Assembly (NCBI GenBank): GCA_964035545.1
Contig: OZ037767.1
Span: forward strand, 10,860,581-10,924,580
Source: Bugula neritina
Taxonomy: Eukaryota; Animalia; Bryozoa
DNA: 64,000 nt
Reading direction: 5' to 3'
Shown here: piece after piece, positions 1-14,806 of the stretch
Layout of the letters: each line of letters begins with the position of its first letter
Position numbering within the stretch: position 1 is the first letter of the stretch
Position numbers and translations under genes: made by a program
Notes under the pieces: generated by a model
The model's database searches: none
The model's input: the letters and a program-made list of their open reading frames with translations, nothing else
What the model was told of the DNA's origin: nothing

Positions 1-1954
1 ATTGAAATAAACTTGAGAATATAAAAAACCTGCACCACTATTACTAGAGTGCTAGGTGTAAGATCTACTAACACCAGGTATTGGGAGAGAAACCACAAAA
101 GAAGGGAGTAGCACTGCAATTTTTACTCATTTCACCATCTATTTACAAAAGAATAGGTTTTACAAAAAAGGTTTCCAATGAAGTGCTTCAGCCAGATTGA
201 AATGCTCCCCCAGCTACTTGCAGCTCATCTATAGTAGCCTCTACAGGTTGTAATTATTTCCCTAAAAATAGGCCTGACTGCAAATAGCTACTTGGGTACT
301 ATTACAGGATTGACCTTTAACCTTTCGGATGACTCATTTTAGAACAAGTTTCCTAAATGTGTACTTGGTATTTTATTGATATTATTTTTACCAATCTATT
401 GCTCATGCTATATACTATGCAATGTCAAGACTATTCTGTTTAAATATAGTATTTATTTTTATTGTATTAAAATCTAGTTTACTTGTTAATTACTGTTATT
501 TTATTTCATACAGTAGCATTACGTTTTGCTAAGTTATACTAATCGTTTGTTATACAGTGTGGAATGTCCACATCTCAATTTTATTATATTTAATGCATGA
601 TGTATAAAATATATTCATATTTTAGCATGAATATTAATTAATTTTGTTTGCTTACACTTTATAACAATTTATTGTTATAACTTTGTGAAACTATATTGCT
701 GTCATAAAAATACAGCTTATTATTGTTTTTTCTGCTGCTGCAAAAAAAAACAATACAAAGATTGCCATTTGGAATTATTTTGGATTATCTACTCGTATAA
801 TGCGTAAAATATTCCTCATGGCTTAAACATGTAAGTCAAGTTTGTTGGGTTGGCTGCCATTACTTGCTAGAATTTCTGTGTCTCATTATTCAGATCTTGT
901 TCCAACTTTGAGTGCATCTTTATGCAAAGTTTAACAGCCATTTGCGAAATCCATCAGATGTACTTGTTTACAGGGAGGCAAATAAATACCTGCAGATTAA
1001 CCCATCCCAATGTAACATCATAGGAACAGTTAAGTTTAGACAGTATAATATAATGTAGTATCATTTTATATAATAACATTTATTATGGTAGAATATAGCA
1101 TAACAATATATAATATAATATAAAATAATATAGTATACATTACTCTATAATAAAGTAGAATGCAATATAGCACAGTATTATACATTATAGTGCAATAAAT
1201 ATAATACAGTGTTTTAAAATATTATATAACATATACATTGTATTATAATATAATATAACATAATATAATACACAATGGTACAAGACAATACAATATAACA
1301 CAAAATTATGTATTATAGTACAATAAATGTAATATAACACAACACAATAAAGGCAATATAATAAAATATAGTTTTATGCAACTTATTATTATATAACATA
1401 TTACAATGTGTGTAATACTGTAAGATCGTACATGGGTTCTTAAACTTCAAACCTTATGTTACTGTATTTACATATTCTATGTTTGAATTAAGATCATCAC
1501 CTATATCCCATATGCCTGTTACATAAGGTTAATTTTAATCTACATAAAATGTACTTTTAGAAGGAAACACCTTAAAATCTTCAATTAAAAACTTATGATG
1601 GGTGTGTAATTTCAGCGTCAAGAATGTAATATAAAATTGTGATTAGTGTCTTTCCTGTGATGGGATATAAAATTATACTTGCTATCTGGCATTGTTCATC
1701 ATAGGTCCGGGTTAGGCCTATATGAACCAGGGCCTGGACTTTGGGCCTATATGAACCAGGGCCTGAACATTGCTTAAGAACAAAATCCTGCAAACTATTT
1801 CCATAAAAAACAATGTTGATGAAAATTTTGCAATACTGAAAAATACCATCAATCATAAGCTAAGAATATTTAAAAAATATTACTACAAGCATAAGTATGC
1901 CATATTGTATGTAAATACTTTCATTATGAATCTGTGTATATTGCTACGGCCTAG

Positions 1955-2065
1955 ACTACAGATAGCTACAGATAGGTACAAGTAGCTACAAGTAGATACA
2001 GATAGCTATAGATAGCTACAGATAGCTACAGATAGCTACAGCCAGCTAGAGATAACTACAAATAA
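1955..2065. repeat. 10-bp tandem repeat (AGCTACAGAT)n
   Basis: About 11 imperfect copies read directly. Confidence 0.9.
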
Positions 2066-3344
2066 CTTTTCATCAAATGACCGTCAGCTAATAAACTCTT
2101 AAAATATAGCCAACTAAATATATTTTATCCATATTAAACTTTTAATCTAATTAAAGCATCACTTCCACCCCCCCACCCCCCAACAAACTTAAAACCTGCA
2201 GAAACGAAAGCCCAACATAATTATATGGACAATGGAAGGTTGTGGCATTGGGTGTAAGCTGTGCTAGAAAAACTGCCATGTTATAATTTCTTTCCCTCGA
2301 TCTTTTCCTCAGGACAGTGTTGAATGCTTTCCTCGGTATAGTAAGTAGCCACAAGTGTAGCTTAGAGGCTACTTCTACCAACTATCTAACTTGTATCAAT
2401 ACCAGATTAAAGTCCCTGGAAAACCAGATTTTTGTTTAATCAGATAAAAGTTATCCACATTCAATCACACAGAGGAGAACTTTATTTAATGGAAGCCATC
2501 ATTAGTATATTTCTTCATCTACTTAGAGGCATTTTGTAGATAATTCTAATTATTACATATAATATTTTAATTAGATGCAGAATAATGTAGTGAACCCTAG
2601 TTATAATATCAGATATGATACTGACTAGTGTAATTATATAGAGAAGTAATTACTTATACAACATGTTCATTGTAGGCTGAGCAGTCATTCCAATGATTAA
2701 TGGCCAATTCACCTTCCATCAATCACTGGTCATTGATTTAACAGTAGATTATTATTACCTGCATAAGCTAAGATCTTTGTAATAATTTTATATCAAAAGT
2801 TAATGCATTTAGTAAGTGAAGCTTTGATATCTTATAAAGTACCCTACAAGCAGAATTTTGTGCTAATAAAAACAATAATTTGGTAACAGAATACCATGAT
2901 ATTAAAATAGGACTATGAAAATGTTGATCTTCAAGTTAGAATAGATATTTGTATTACCACTGATAAGTAAATATAATTCAGTATGGATATTGCAATATTT
3001 ATTTAAAAAGATTATTAATTGATCATTGTCATTCCAACACTCTGCATGATAGTGAAAATCACGGAGTTGAACTGGAAAAGGACCATAACACACTATTTAT
3101 TTCTTATATATATTAAGTTGTCTGTGAGATGTTTACATGCTTGAATATAACATAAAACGATTAAACCTTTATAGATTCTTTAAAGCAAATAGAGCCTTGG
3201 CTCTAAATGCTAAGCCTTTATGAAAGTACCAGTTGGGAGCTATATGGTCTGCCCTTCACAAAAAGTAGTTTAGGCTTACATAGCTATCAGGCTATGGGCT
3301 AACTCTGTAACCTCTTTTTCACTCAGCTGGTGCTGATAGCCATA

Positions 3345-3425
3345 AAATATTTGCCCTCATTAAGATTCGAACTCGAGACCTCCGGCTTGCAAGCTGGTGT
3401 GCTAACTATTACAGTACAGGGGTCA
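3345..3425 (-). mobile_element. tRNA-derived SINE head (family A)
   Basis: Minus strand has A-box-like TGTAATAGTTAG and B-box GTTCGAATC; acceptor stem does not pair; similar copy at 62060-62142. Confidence 0.6.
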
Positions 3426-5252
3426 CTGGGTAGTCCCAACATGACAATAGTGAGTGCATTGGGCAGAGAGATAGTCAGATCTGGAAATGTTTACCTCCTT
3501 TGCCATGATGGAAAAATTAGACATTTTAAATAAAGTCACATGACTTTTAAACTACTTTCAAATAGGATTAACTTTTGACTTTTATAAGAGATTTTCAGAA
3601 TTCAAACTGGTAGATTATTGAGACTGTAGATAATGGAAGGAGTTCTGCTATTAGCTACTGTCAGATGAGTTCCTTCACCTCAACAGAGAAGCTAGAGAAG
3701 AGGAAAGAAGCTTAACCTTCCTTTTGTTGTGAATGTCATAAAATTCTTTAATAGCATAATATCTAAGATTTATGGTATAGCAGCTTTCATAATTTTTATT
3801 ACAAAGAATATTTTGATGTGAGTACAAGTCTTACCTGTACACACAGGTAGAGTATATACCTGTATGTGCAGGGAGGGTATATTATACCTGTATACAATAC
3901 AGGTATAGAGTATGTACCTATATGTACATACGTACCCTAACTACACATACACATACCACATGTACCATCTCAAATGATAAGTTGTGTAGAACTAAGTTAA
4001 CTTAATATAGTAGGAAATAAAATATATCTTGATTATTTATTCCTCCCATATAAGTTGTTACACTAATAACTACTAACAGCTAAGGCTGAGAGATTTTATT
4101 TGTAAGCTTTATGACCTTTACAAAGGTAGTGTACCGTCTAAGTTTTGTAAATAAAACATGAGCTAAGTTATAAAAAATAAACTTTTGAAAATCTTTAATA
4201 TTTTTGCTAAGTGAGTCACATAGATTCCAAGATTACATAATATAATACACAATTAATCATTTGCTAGTTTAAGGTATGCTGTGAGAGAGAAAGTTTTAAA
4301 CAACCAACAGCTGAGTTACACGTTTCAAGTATTAATCACCATCTAATATTTTGAAACAAACAACATACTGCAACATGAAAATTATATTGTTTTTGAAACT
4401 CAGATTGCTTAATTAATTATAACATGCATATATAATAATTATAATATTATAATAATTATAACATGCATATATTTCAAACATATTACCAATAATAAAAATC
4501 TTTATTCTCAACCTGCTATTGATAATAAACCATTAGTAACAGAAGAATTTCGAAATATGACATATTATATTAGACACACCAGAAAGTGCGCAAACCAATA
4601 TATTATATAATAAAGCAACTTATTTGGCTCGTAACTTGAAATGCATAACTTTCAATAAATTACGATGACACGATACTGCATAGCTAAGTACACTGTTCTA
4701 CACTGCCCCTTCTGCAAGCATCTCTACAATTTAGCCTTTTATCTATGTTCTGTTTTATCGAGGCTTCTTATGGTCCAACCTAAATGTCAACATATCTGTC
4801 ACATGAGGATTTCCACTATTTATTATCTATACACCATCGAAATAGTCTTGGATTACCAACCAAATATGCCGCGTGTTCATGGATCATAGAATCTGCAAGT
4901 GTTCTATCAAAATTAGGTAATTACTCCAAATTATAGTCTAATTTCATCTTGACTGTTGTCACCACCAACTGGCTGAATTGTCATGTAAGTTTCTCAGCTT
5001 TATCATTATGACAAGAAGGATTAACATTTCTGGAATTCTATATTTATTTTCAATGGTAGGGTACATGTCAGGCAACTCAAAAGAAAATCAGCTTTCCTTT
5101 TGAGTTGCCAAATCTATGCAGTTGTCCCCTTTTAATTTTATGTTACTGCATTTCTATCACTTGGCTAAGGTGTGTGTAATACATTTTAAAGCAAAAACAA
5201 GATCATGGCTTAGTTTGGTAGAATATGTAGATGGAGGGGTGTTTATTTATTT

Positions 5253-5549
5253 CCTAGACACGCTTTGCCGCACCGTAGGCCGTAATGTAAAATGTCAGCC
5301 ATTTTTAATGTGTCCGGGCTGAAGTTCTCAAAGTTCGATATTGGGTAAGTTATATGACACCTCATTGGACATTTATATCCAATGAGTTGACGAGAACCTC
5401 TTCCCGTCCACTGAAAGCCTGTCGCAAGCGGTTTTATTCAAGCAGTGCTTGATCCTGACGTACCGAAACGCCGTACAAGGAGCTCAGATGTTTGTAAAAG
5501 TGGCTGACATTTTACGTTACGGCCTACGGTGCGACAAAGTGAGTCTAGG
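5253..5549. mobile_element. Non-autonomous DNA transposon (MITE) with ~55-bp terminal inverted repeats
   Basis: CCTAGACACGCTTTGCCGCACCGTAGGCCGTAATGTAAAATGTCAGCCA at the left end is the imperfect reverse complement of TGGCTGACATTTTACGTTACGGCCTACGGTGCGACAAAGTGAGTCTAGG at the right end; no coding capacity. Confidence 0.8.
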
Positions 5550-5550
5550 G

Positions 5551-5651
5551 GGTTATACTAATTGGTGCGTATGGATCTATATAGAGCTGGTTATACTAAT
5601 TGGTGCGTATGAATCTATATAGAGCTGGTTATACTAATTGATGCGTATGAA
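5551..5651. repeat. 38-bp tandem repeat, ~2.6 copies
   Basis: GGTTATACTAATTGGTGCGTATG(G/A)ATCTATATAGAGCT repeated. Confidence 0.85.
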
Positions 5652-6009
5652 CGCTGCAGTAGGTAAAATATTCAATCAACGAGGAGCAACCTGTAGACTC
5701 AGTGTCTGCTGCTTGCGTCAGGTCTTAGCATTTATTAAATTTATGGCTACCGATATGCAGCCTGCTCGTTAATAATCTCGATGACAACGTATTGCATAGA
5801 AAGGACGGGATTTACTCAATAGTTTTATAGTCAAAATGATCAATCATTTTATTGCTTTGATCATCGATGCTAATACAATTGTATGATATTTAGTTAAGCA
5901 ATGGGATTTGGCAACCAATCATGTCAATGCAAAGCATATCCTCTCTACCTTTCACACCCTCAAGGCTGGTGCGTTGAGCTATATATCAGGAGTTACATTA
6001 GTCAGCAAT

Positions 6010-6310
<301 letters not shown>

Positions 6311-6819
6311 ATATATTTATAATAGACTGTACAAATGTCAATGATGTTTTCATATAGTTCCGTTAGGTTTAGATTCATTCTGCTTATTAATATTTTATAA
6401 TGCAACTTGACCCTTAAGCTAGCAAAGCTGGAAATATGAACCATCAAATTAAAAGAAGCCAGGAGCCAAAAAAGGGTGATTTAAGTTGTGGATTGCTAAT
6501 TAGGTTGTCTGTAATATATACCGTAATTATGATATAATGTAGAATGGCAACACTACTCTCAAATCACCTTCTGAACATATTCTAATCAACTCTAACATTA
6601 CATGGTGCTAGCTGTATCAACTCATCTAAATAACAGTTTACCCACATGGATTCTAAATCTTAGACCAATTAAACTATCTTCTGTATCTTAAACTATTAAA
6701 ATTTTTAAGCATAGAAAAATATTTTATCAGAACCAAAGTTAAAGAGACAAAGTCTACCTTCAATGCAGAAGATTAATTCATAATTAATACACATAAAATC
6801 TGCAACAAACTCATCAAAG

Positions 6820-6930
6820 ACTGCTATTCAAGTTTGGTTAAATTAGCTTTGCGTTACAGGAAGGTCATCCTTAGTAACTGGCAGACAGGCGGACGGACAG
6901 ACAGACACACTCATCTTGATAGTAAATCGG
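6820..6930 (+). mobile_element. Possible Helitron/Helentron-type non-autonomous repeat end
   Basis: CAAGTTTGGT...GACAGGCGGACGGACAGACAGACA...ATAGTA layout resembles GACA-microsatellite-bearing rolling-circle element ends; only a fragment. Confidence 0.35.
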
Positions 6931-9784
6931 TCAAAATGTTGCAAAGCTTTGGATATCAGACTTGAATTTATGGAAAAAATAAAAGTTGTTACGGATCCGC
7001 ATAGCAACAAAATGATCAAATATCAAATATTATTCTAAATTCTGTTTTGCAGCATATTATATAACTAAATAAATGTAATGTGGTATCACAAAGTTAAAGA
7101 CAATGCACAGAACTGAATTGGTTGTTTCACTGTTAAAGTAAATTGTCAATAAGACTAAGCTGTGTAAAGTGATATATGCACCGAAAGTATGTTTGTTTTG
7201 CCATTAAGTTGAACTATAAAAGCTATCATTATGCTTTTTATTTTAAATTGTGCAAAAAATAGTTTTTTAAAAATAACCTAACCAAGTTATTCATCACCTA
7301 AAATAGGATTTCATATTACTAAATTATTATATTACTAAACTATTATACTACTAAACTATTGTATTACTCAACTATTATATTACTATACTATTATATTACT
7401 AAACTAGCTACTATATTACTGCACTGCTATAATAGTTTAGGACCAAAGGCGCCATTACAAAATATATTTATAGCTGTTCAATAATTAGTAATACCTCTTT
7501 AATTAATAGGAGAGAGGAATTTAATGTAAAGGTACTTTGGAAACTGGACATCAGGTTCAACAGTAGTCATGGAAACTGTGACTGAGAAAGACATGACTGT
7601 AGGACTGTGTGGGAAAGTTTGATTTTACGGCTAGCAACATACAAGAGATATTAATATGTCTACAGAATGCAGTTCTCTGTGCCAAAAGACAGGAAAGCTA
7701 AAGCCATTGTACAATAATCAGTTGCTGTTTCCTTATCTTACACGTAGCCTTTTATAAGTTTAATAGAAAGCGCAACATTAAGTTTAGATACAAGCTTAAT
7801 ATTTTTATGATTTAACATCAACTGTAAAAATATATAATTATGTACATACATTGTGTGGTTTATGCAATGCGCATGAGTGTGTTGTAAGATGTACATTTTG
7901 TTGTGTGCTACATGCATAGGTTTTCCTTTTTTATGTGTGTAGAAATTTTTAACATTTGTTGTTTTTGCTTTAATTATCCAACCCTCTTGAAACAAAAAAG
8001 TACATTGCTATCACGTAAATGCTTATACACGCTTACAAAAATATTTATGCATATTTTTAAAGTAAGTGCTTGATACTACGCAGATTTTGAGCTCATCTCA
8101 TTCTACTAACAAATTTATGGCAAAGAAATCCTAGATAAATGTAGTTTATATAATAACTTCATGCAAACCATTGGAATCATTTGATTATCTAGGCATATAG
8201 CTGTTTCTTGTTAAATCAATAATATATTCAAAATATATATTTTCTTTAAAACTAATACTTTATGTTAATTACTGAAAAAAATGAAGCCCCATCAGTACAG
8301 AATCAACTAAAAAAGGCAACATGGCTAATATTATGCTGTATGAAATGTGATGAAATGTTATTTAATTTAATTTGAGATTGCCAAAAATGAATTTTTTGGC
8401 AACTCAAATAACAACACAATATCGATAAAATATTGATTAAAATAAATTTTAAAGAAATGTCAAAAAGTATCAATTATATTAGTACATCTATTTTAAAGTG
8501 AATCATGAATAAAATGGCTAATTTTGTATTCTCCCAGGTTTTAATTCATTTGATTGGCACGCGTCCACATTTGTAATGGGAGTCGGTTTCTCCTTGGATA
8601 TGGTGTCGGCGTGTGACTAGAAATTTGTTGTCAATCAAACTCTGCAAAGCTGTTGTATTGAAACTACATCTTTTTAATCTTTTTTTGAAATCCAAGATAG
8701 AACATCAAATGTTAATTTTAGGGAAACCTTCAACATTCTAATTTCTATAAGCAATCAACAATTGGTCAAATCTAAACTCGTGCTGGTCCATGAATTTCTA
8801 GCCCAAACTAGTATAAACTACTATCACCAAATCACAAATACTTTGAATTATACTATCACAAATACAGTGTCATATTATCAAATATGTAAATCATATATAT
8901 GATGATGAAAGGAGAGCTGACAATGGACAGAAGTAGTCTAATATCCAACATTAGTTTAATAAAGTATTTAGAACAAACATAAATTATGATTTATAGTTCA
9001 AAACTTTAACACATACTGGCTTATGATTTAGTTTGAGAAATTGATAGCTTGGATAATGATATTCATGGTGTTAGAGTGTTACAGTAAGCATATACTGTAA
9101 TATTGTATAACTGCAAAAATTAATAACCCCAGCACTTTAGTTTATTCTCTGTATGATAATTTAATGCCCAATTCACTTTTAATTAACATAATCATATTTC
9201 AGTCTACAAATTAAAGTTTTATATTAAACATCAAAAGCTAGGGATATAAGTCACCCCCAGATGTTGTATCAGCCAGGTCTGCCCATGTCGATACTGACAT
9301 GTTTAACAGGTGCCCTGGTTGCATGAAAATCTCACCTCTCAAAACTGGTACATGCTACAGATTAGCTTTCAATATAATTACAATAAGAGCAGGGCTAAAA
9401 GATATAGGCTTTTAGATACTCCAATTAATATAATTTAATTATAAGTACTTGCTCTTGAAGTTCCGCTAAAGTGACCAACAGATCTGTTGCTAAAATACAT
9501 GCAAGTAAAAGAAAGGTGTAACATGACAATATTTTATTATATAAGTCATGAGGTTATTAATTAACATATGCTTATCTTAAAGTCTAGCACTTTTTGTACT
9601 ATTGGGGCTCCATACTTTTACCTAGCATGGAGTTGAGTTTGACTCAAATTATTTGTCATAATCATATGAAGTAAGTGCATTATTTATACTTCATAATATA
9701 TCTATTAGCCAATTTGATGTTCCTATGTTACATAATATTTTACTTATTGGCTTTTGCTCTGAGCTGGTTTTATATTTAGATTCT

Positions 9785-10000
9785 GTATACTGGTCTCGCT
9801 AGCTGGTCCTACCAGCTGGACCAGTATACTGGTCCTGCAAACTGGTCCTGCCCATACTGCTTCTGTGTACTGGTTCCGTAATATAGTCCCACAAACTGGT
9901 CCTCTATATACTAGTCCGATGTACTGGTCTAAACTGCTCCTGTGTATTGCTACTGTATAATGGTCCTAAAAACTGGTCCTATAAGCTGGTCTTATATATA
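9785..10000. repeat. Degenerate ~14-bp minisatellite (ACTGGTCCT core)
   Basis: Recurring CTGGTCC/CTGGTCT about every 14 bp. Confidence 0.75.
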
Positions 10001-10880
10001 TTGTCCGACTCTATCTCTTACGTTCTTCCTTCCCCTCTGCTAGTCTGCACCACGTAGTAAGGAGCTGGTCTAAAAGCAGCAAAGGTGTGAGTCACTATAA
10101 TGCTGAGACAAAAACATAGCTCATGTGTATACTGTATGGTGTTGCACATGTATGTGTATGAATCAACGTATATATCTCTTATAATGTCATATAATTACTA
10201 ATAATGTGTGTTCGGTAGAAATACACATACATTATATGCTATCATGATGCAAGATTCAACATTACGTTTTAGAATTATTATAGGCAAAGAACCTTATTTT
10301 ATATGTTCTATATCGTTAGGCGCATTCCATATCTTATAATTTATAATCTCTACACATATTGTCTATCCTTGAATTTGATATCAACATTTTATTATTAGAT
10401 TGACTTATAATCGATAATATACTTTGATTTCTAGATAATATGTATTTACAGGTTCATACTTTATAATGTAGTTTGCATTCTGTATATAAAATAAATTTTA
10501 TACTTTAAACAATCTACATTCTACATTTTATATTTTATACATTTTATTGAACTGGTTTGGTAAGTTACACACTTGATTACCATATTGATGCTATTTAAAA
10601 TCTCTCATAAGTTTTTATTTTATACTTCAAATTAAGAAGTTAGAAGATTTAGAGATTAGATTCTTTTGGTGCAGTTAAAATCACTTAATTGGTTTTTCTA
10701 CTTCTAGCTAACAAGTTTTCTTCAGTACTATTTTATTTGCTTATATTACACAAATGTAATTTAATTATTTTTAAATCTTTTTCTTTGTAATTAGTTGATC
10801 ATGGTTTTGTTTCAGTTTTTATTTCATTTCATTTTTAGATCGCACAATTGAAAAAAGGCATATGTTAACAAAGAATGTTT

Positions 10881-11085
10881 AGGGAAAGCTGCGGTCCAGG
10901 GGTTAGAGCGTTTGCTCGAAGGTTATGGGTTCGAGCCCAGACAAAGGCCATTGGTGATGTTAGGAAGAGCATTCAGTCATAATACTCCTGTGCCACATCT
11001 GAATAAGTACTTAGCCCGATTTAACAAAAATCCCTTCCATCAGGGGTTTTCTCACAGGGATAGCGACAATAAACTTGCGTGAGTT
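10881..11085 (+). mobile_element. tRNA-derived SINE (family B) with V-domain-like core
   Basis: A-box-like GGTCCAGGGGTTAG, B-box GGTTCGAGCCC, then GGTGATGTTAGGAAGAGCATTCAG, resembling the V-SINE AGGAAGGGCATCC core; further copies at 13090-13275(-), 47830-47957(-) and 51010-51160(+). Confidence 0.7.
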
Positions 11086-12977
11086 TTTTAACAGAAAATG
11101 TTTAAAGTAGATCTTTCTGATTATTTGCACAGAAAGATATTATGAGACTGAAAACACTCAACAGTGAAATGTTGAGAGTAACTGGAACTTATAGCTGTCA
11201 GGAGTTGTCCTTCCATCTATATTGCTCTGTATCTCTCAATAACTATACAGGTAATTGCCAAGTAAAGTTTCCGCTATCTTCTTACACTTTTAATAGAAAA
11301 TTGATGATAAACTTAGTTCAGAAGGAGTTGTCTGTTCAATTTGCTTGTATAATTCTTATTAGCATAGATGCAATGTGTGATATATGAGGAGTTCAACTAT
11401 TATTATTATTTACTGAATATTTTAAAGACGCCATGTTATATAATGTTAGTCTCGTTAGCATTAATGTATCAGTATGAGAAAATGTCAGAGTTATTATAGT
11501 ACGATATTCATGGTATTATAATACTCTAACATTTACCATCTTGTACTTTCCTTCTCTAGTAACTTACTAGAAAATAAATAGGCATGTGGCACTCTAGATT
11601 ATAGTTAAATCAGCTTTGACACTTTGTCATCAAACTACTAGAGCTACAATGAAATATTATACAGCTTACAGATGAGACTTCTGGGAAAAGTGTGTTGGCA
11701 AATACCAGAGTCGGTTGTAAAGTGGCATTCCATATTTATCCTTAGCTTCACTATTTATAGTTGTCCAAATATGCTTGACTTTCCTTCGTCCTCTTTTGGC
11801 TATTTTTATGCTGAGAAAAACTATCCTTTTTCTATGAACATACAAAATGTGTTAAAACAAGACTAGAACCTACAGAAGTGTTATCGCTATAGAATATAGA
11901 GTATACAACTCCCACTTGTATAGTTATTATATGCAGCAATAAATTGTAGAAATAAAAAAGAAATTATACTTGGATATATAAAGCCGCTAGTAATTATGTT
12001 CATAAAATACTCGATCAGTAACAATTTGGTCCACATGACATACGAGCATACACATAGAAGCTCACTCTATATTCACTAGGACCACTGGTTATACTGTTAG
12101 CATTTGATCCCAGCTAAACTCTTTGATTATGAAAAACCCTCTTACAGTGTGTAGCTAGCATTGCATGCTAGAGCTGTTATTGAAAGACTTCTTACATTAA
12201 ATATTCAAAATCTGTTTACCTATTAGATAATGCTGGAAGTTTCTCACATTATCTAATATTTCTATTGTAGGTTTCAGTATATATCATGGTTATGTTCTAT
12301 TGAAAATAAAAAATATGTGTTTTGTTTAAAATAGTAGAGATGAAGATTACAAGATAAAAACTGCGTCTTAGTTTTGTATTCGGAGAACGATTTTTGATTC
12401 AGATTAAATATTTTCATAAATTAACGTATCAATGTTAAATTAATATAAAAGTATAATGATATGCATAATAAATTATGTTATATAAAATGATAATTATATA
12501 TATAATATAATATAATGATATAATAATGTATAACATAAAATAATAATTGTACATAATATAATACAATAATATAAAATAATAATTATACACTTTGCCTAGT
12601 ATGTCATTTTTCATGCAAGTTATAGTTAGGCATACATGCAGGTGAAATGAGTATGGGTTATATAATAAACATTTGGAAAGCAAACAAGGGGTGTTAAACA
12701 ACATGAATCATTTACTGTACAACTATGAGCTGTAGGTTACAAGGGTGCAAACAGAAATGTTATAGTAGGAGGGTACATAACGTTCTTAACAAACTATTAA
12801 ACATGAAATACAAACAAAGCCTAATAATACCATGCAGACAGGGATAGAAAGTGAAAAAGATTACAGAGTAAGTAGATGAATAATCTAAAAGCAAATATTC
12901 ACTAAGTTTACACCAATCATCATGTTCCCCCAAAAAAGATCATTATTGGAAAGCCTTCATTTATACACATTTTTTTC

Positions 12978-13082
12978 TGTACTTACTGTATGTACTGTAC
13001 TTACTGTACTTACTGTACTTACTGTACTTACTGTACTTACTATACCTAACTGAATTTACTGTATATACTATGAATATACTGT
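12978..13082. repeat. 9-bp tandem repeat (TACTTACTG)n
   Basis: Direct reading. Confidence 0.85.
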
Positions 13083-13089
13083 ATCACAT

Positions 13090-13275
13090 AGGCTTATGGT
13101 CGCCATCCCTGCGAGAACCTCTAGTGGAAAAGGGTTTTTCTAATTCTGGCGTATTTATATGTGGTAAAAAAACAATTATGACTGAATGTTCTTCCTAATA
13201 TTATCGTTTGGATTTAAACCAGTGCCTTGTGTTTGCTAAGCTGGCACTCTAACAGCTACCCTATGGCTGCTCCCT
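13090..13275 (-). mobile_element. SINE family B, degenerate copy
   Basis: GGTCGCCATCCCTGCGAGAAC...GACTGAATGTTCTTCCTAA is the reverse complement of the 10881-11085 body. Confidence 0.6.
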
Positions 13276-13918
13276 TTTTTTATAAAATAATTATAAATTT
13301 GCCCTTTTCAACTGTTTTAAATAGCATAAATTATTTTGTTTTAGAGTATTTTGCTTGTATATATTTCATATTTAAAAACCCAATAATTTCGAAATTAATT
13401 TAGTAATTTTCGAAATATGCATGCATAGTTAAATATTTGATTGCAAATTTTAAACTAGGAGTTGTCTGTCCTAAACTCACGTAACAACTGCTGCCCACTC
13501 CAATATAATCTTAGTACTGTAGGCTACTGTTCCAATCATTAAGACAGTGGAATTAGGAACTATGACAAAAAGCAAAAGCTTTCTATGATAAAATTACAGA
13601 CTAATTTACAAGTTTTGCTCAAAAAGCACTAATTTTCCTATTTGAGAGTATAATTCTAAAGAAATAACTCGAAAAAGGTTTAGTTTCCAAATCTGCAAGA
13701 GTCACAAAAACAATGAGTTTGATTCTGACATTCTTAGAGCTACATCACCATTGGATTGAAGCATTCTCAACAAATTGAAAGGACAATTTGTTTTAACATT
13801 ACCTTCATGTGTTGAAGGTTGTTTATAATTTTACAAGATATGATTGAACAAGAAATGCTTGATGACAGTAAGCGCAGTCTATAAGGGATATTGTAAAAAA
13901 TAAAAAATTGTGCAATTC

Positions 13919-14115
13919 TTATAATACATACTCTGCATTGAATAGAAAATGATTGTTTTGATGACCAGGGTTACTCTTTCTATAGCCATTCTCTGTGAGC
14001 ACGCAAATTAAGCCTCCTATAAAAGCAGCCGTTACAGCAATCCCAAATGCAATACCGAAGAGCACTAGAATTTTCTCTTCTTTGGAAAGGCTGTCTAGAA
14101 ATCCAGGCATAAACT
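13919..14115 (-). CDS. Candidate single-pass membrane microprotein exon (63-67 aa)
   Basis: ORF MPGFLDSLSKEEKILVLFGIAFGIAVTAAFIGGLICVLTENGYRKS... has one clean ~23-aa hydrophobic helix and is preceded by acceptor TTTATTTTTATTAG; no homologue recognised. Confidence 0.35.
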
Positions 14116-14806
14116 CTAATAAAAATAAACCCAACAGCTAAAGCCGCTAAATACATTTTGAGAAAACAGTCCAAATGTTGAGTGAAGGTAGCAAGCAAAT
14201 TGTGCTTATGCTTCGCTACAAAACGTAAGCAATAAAATTCATTGAGGAAAATTGTTATTGGCCAACTGATCAGTTAAACATTTAATTCCTTTATTGAAGT
14301 ACCTCATTACAAAACTTTTACTTTTTCATCATGTTTTTTATGCCTCTTTTAGAACCATCCTATATACTATAGAAATAATTTCTTTATTAAGCAGCAGAAA
14401 GTGCAACTTATATATTTAAGATAAACATAAAAGACAAAAAAGAATATGTTGGCTAGCACACAAAACAATGTAATCAGTATACAATTTAACGACAAATCAC
14501 TAAAAAATACAACAAGGTTTCTGATTGGTTTATGTTTACTCAGCTTTATGCAACTATTTAAAATTCAAGAAGTTCTTTTTCTAAAATGCCAGAATTATTG
14601 AGCTTCCAAACTTGTGAAAACGTTTGAAAGTCTTGCTAAGACAGTTTCTGAAGAATTCTAATAATCATTTCTCTGCACCAAAAAATAGTTTCTAACACAA
14701 ATTATATGTTTCAATTTTCCTTTCTCCAAATCTTTAGCAGGGATTTGATGCAAATTTCCACGAAAGTAAACCACCCAAGAGATTGTAAGGTGTTTACATA
14801 GTATAG

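Noticed and set aside
3345-3425. tRNA gene (also 62060-62142 and 10881-10950)
   Set aside because: Box-like motifs are present but there is no paired acceptor stem; dispersed diverged copies indicate SINE heads
8535-8625. GC-richer patch with possible acceptor sites on both strands (similar patches near 9250, 10040 and 11670)
   Set aside because: No recognisable protein and no phase-consistent exon chain could be built
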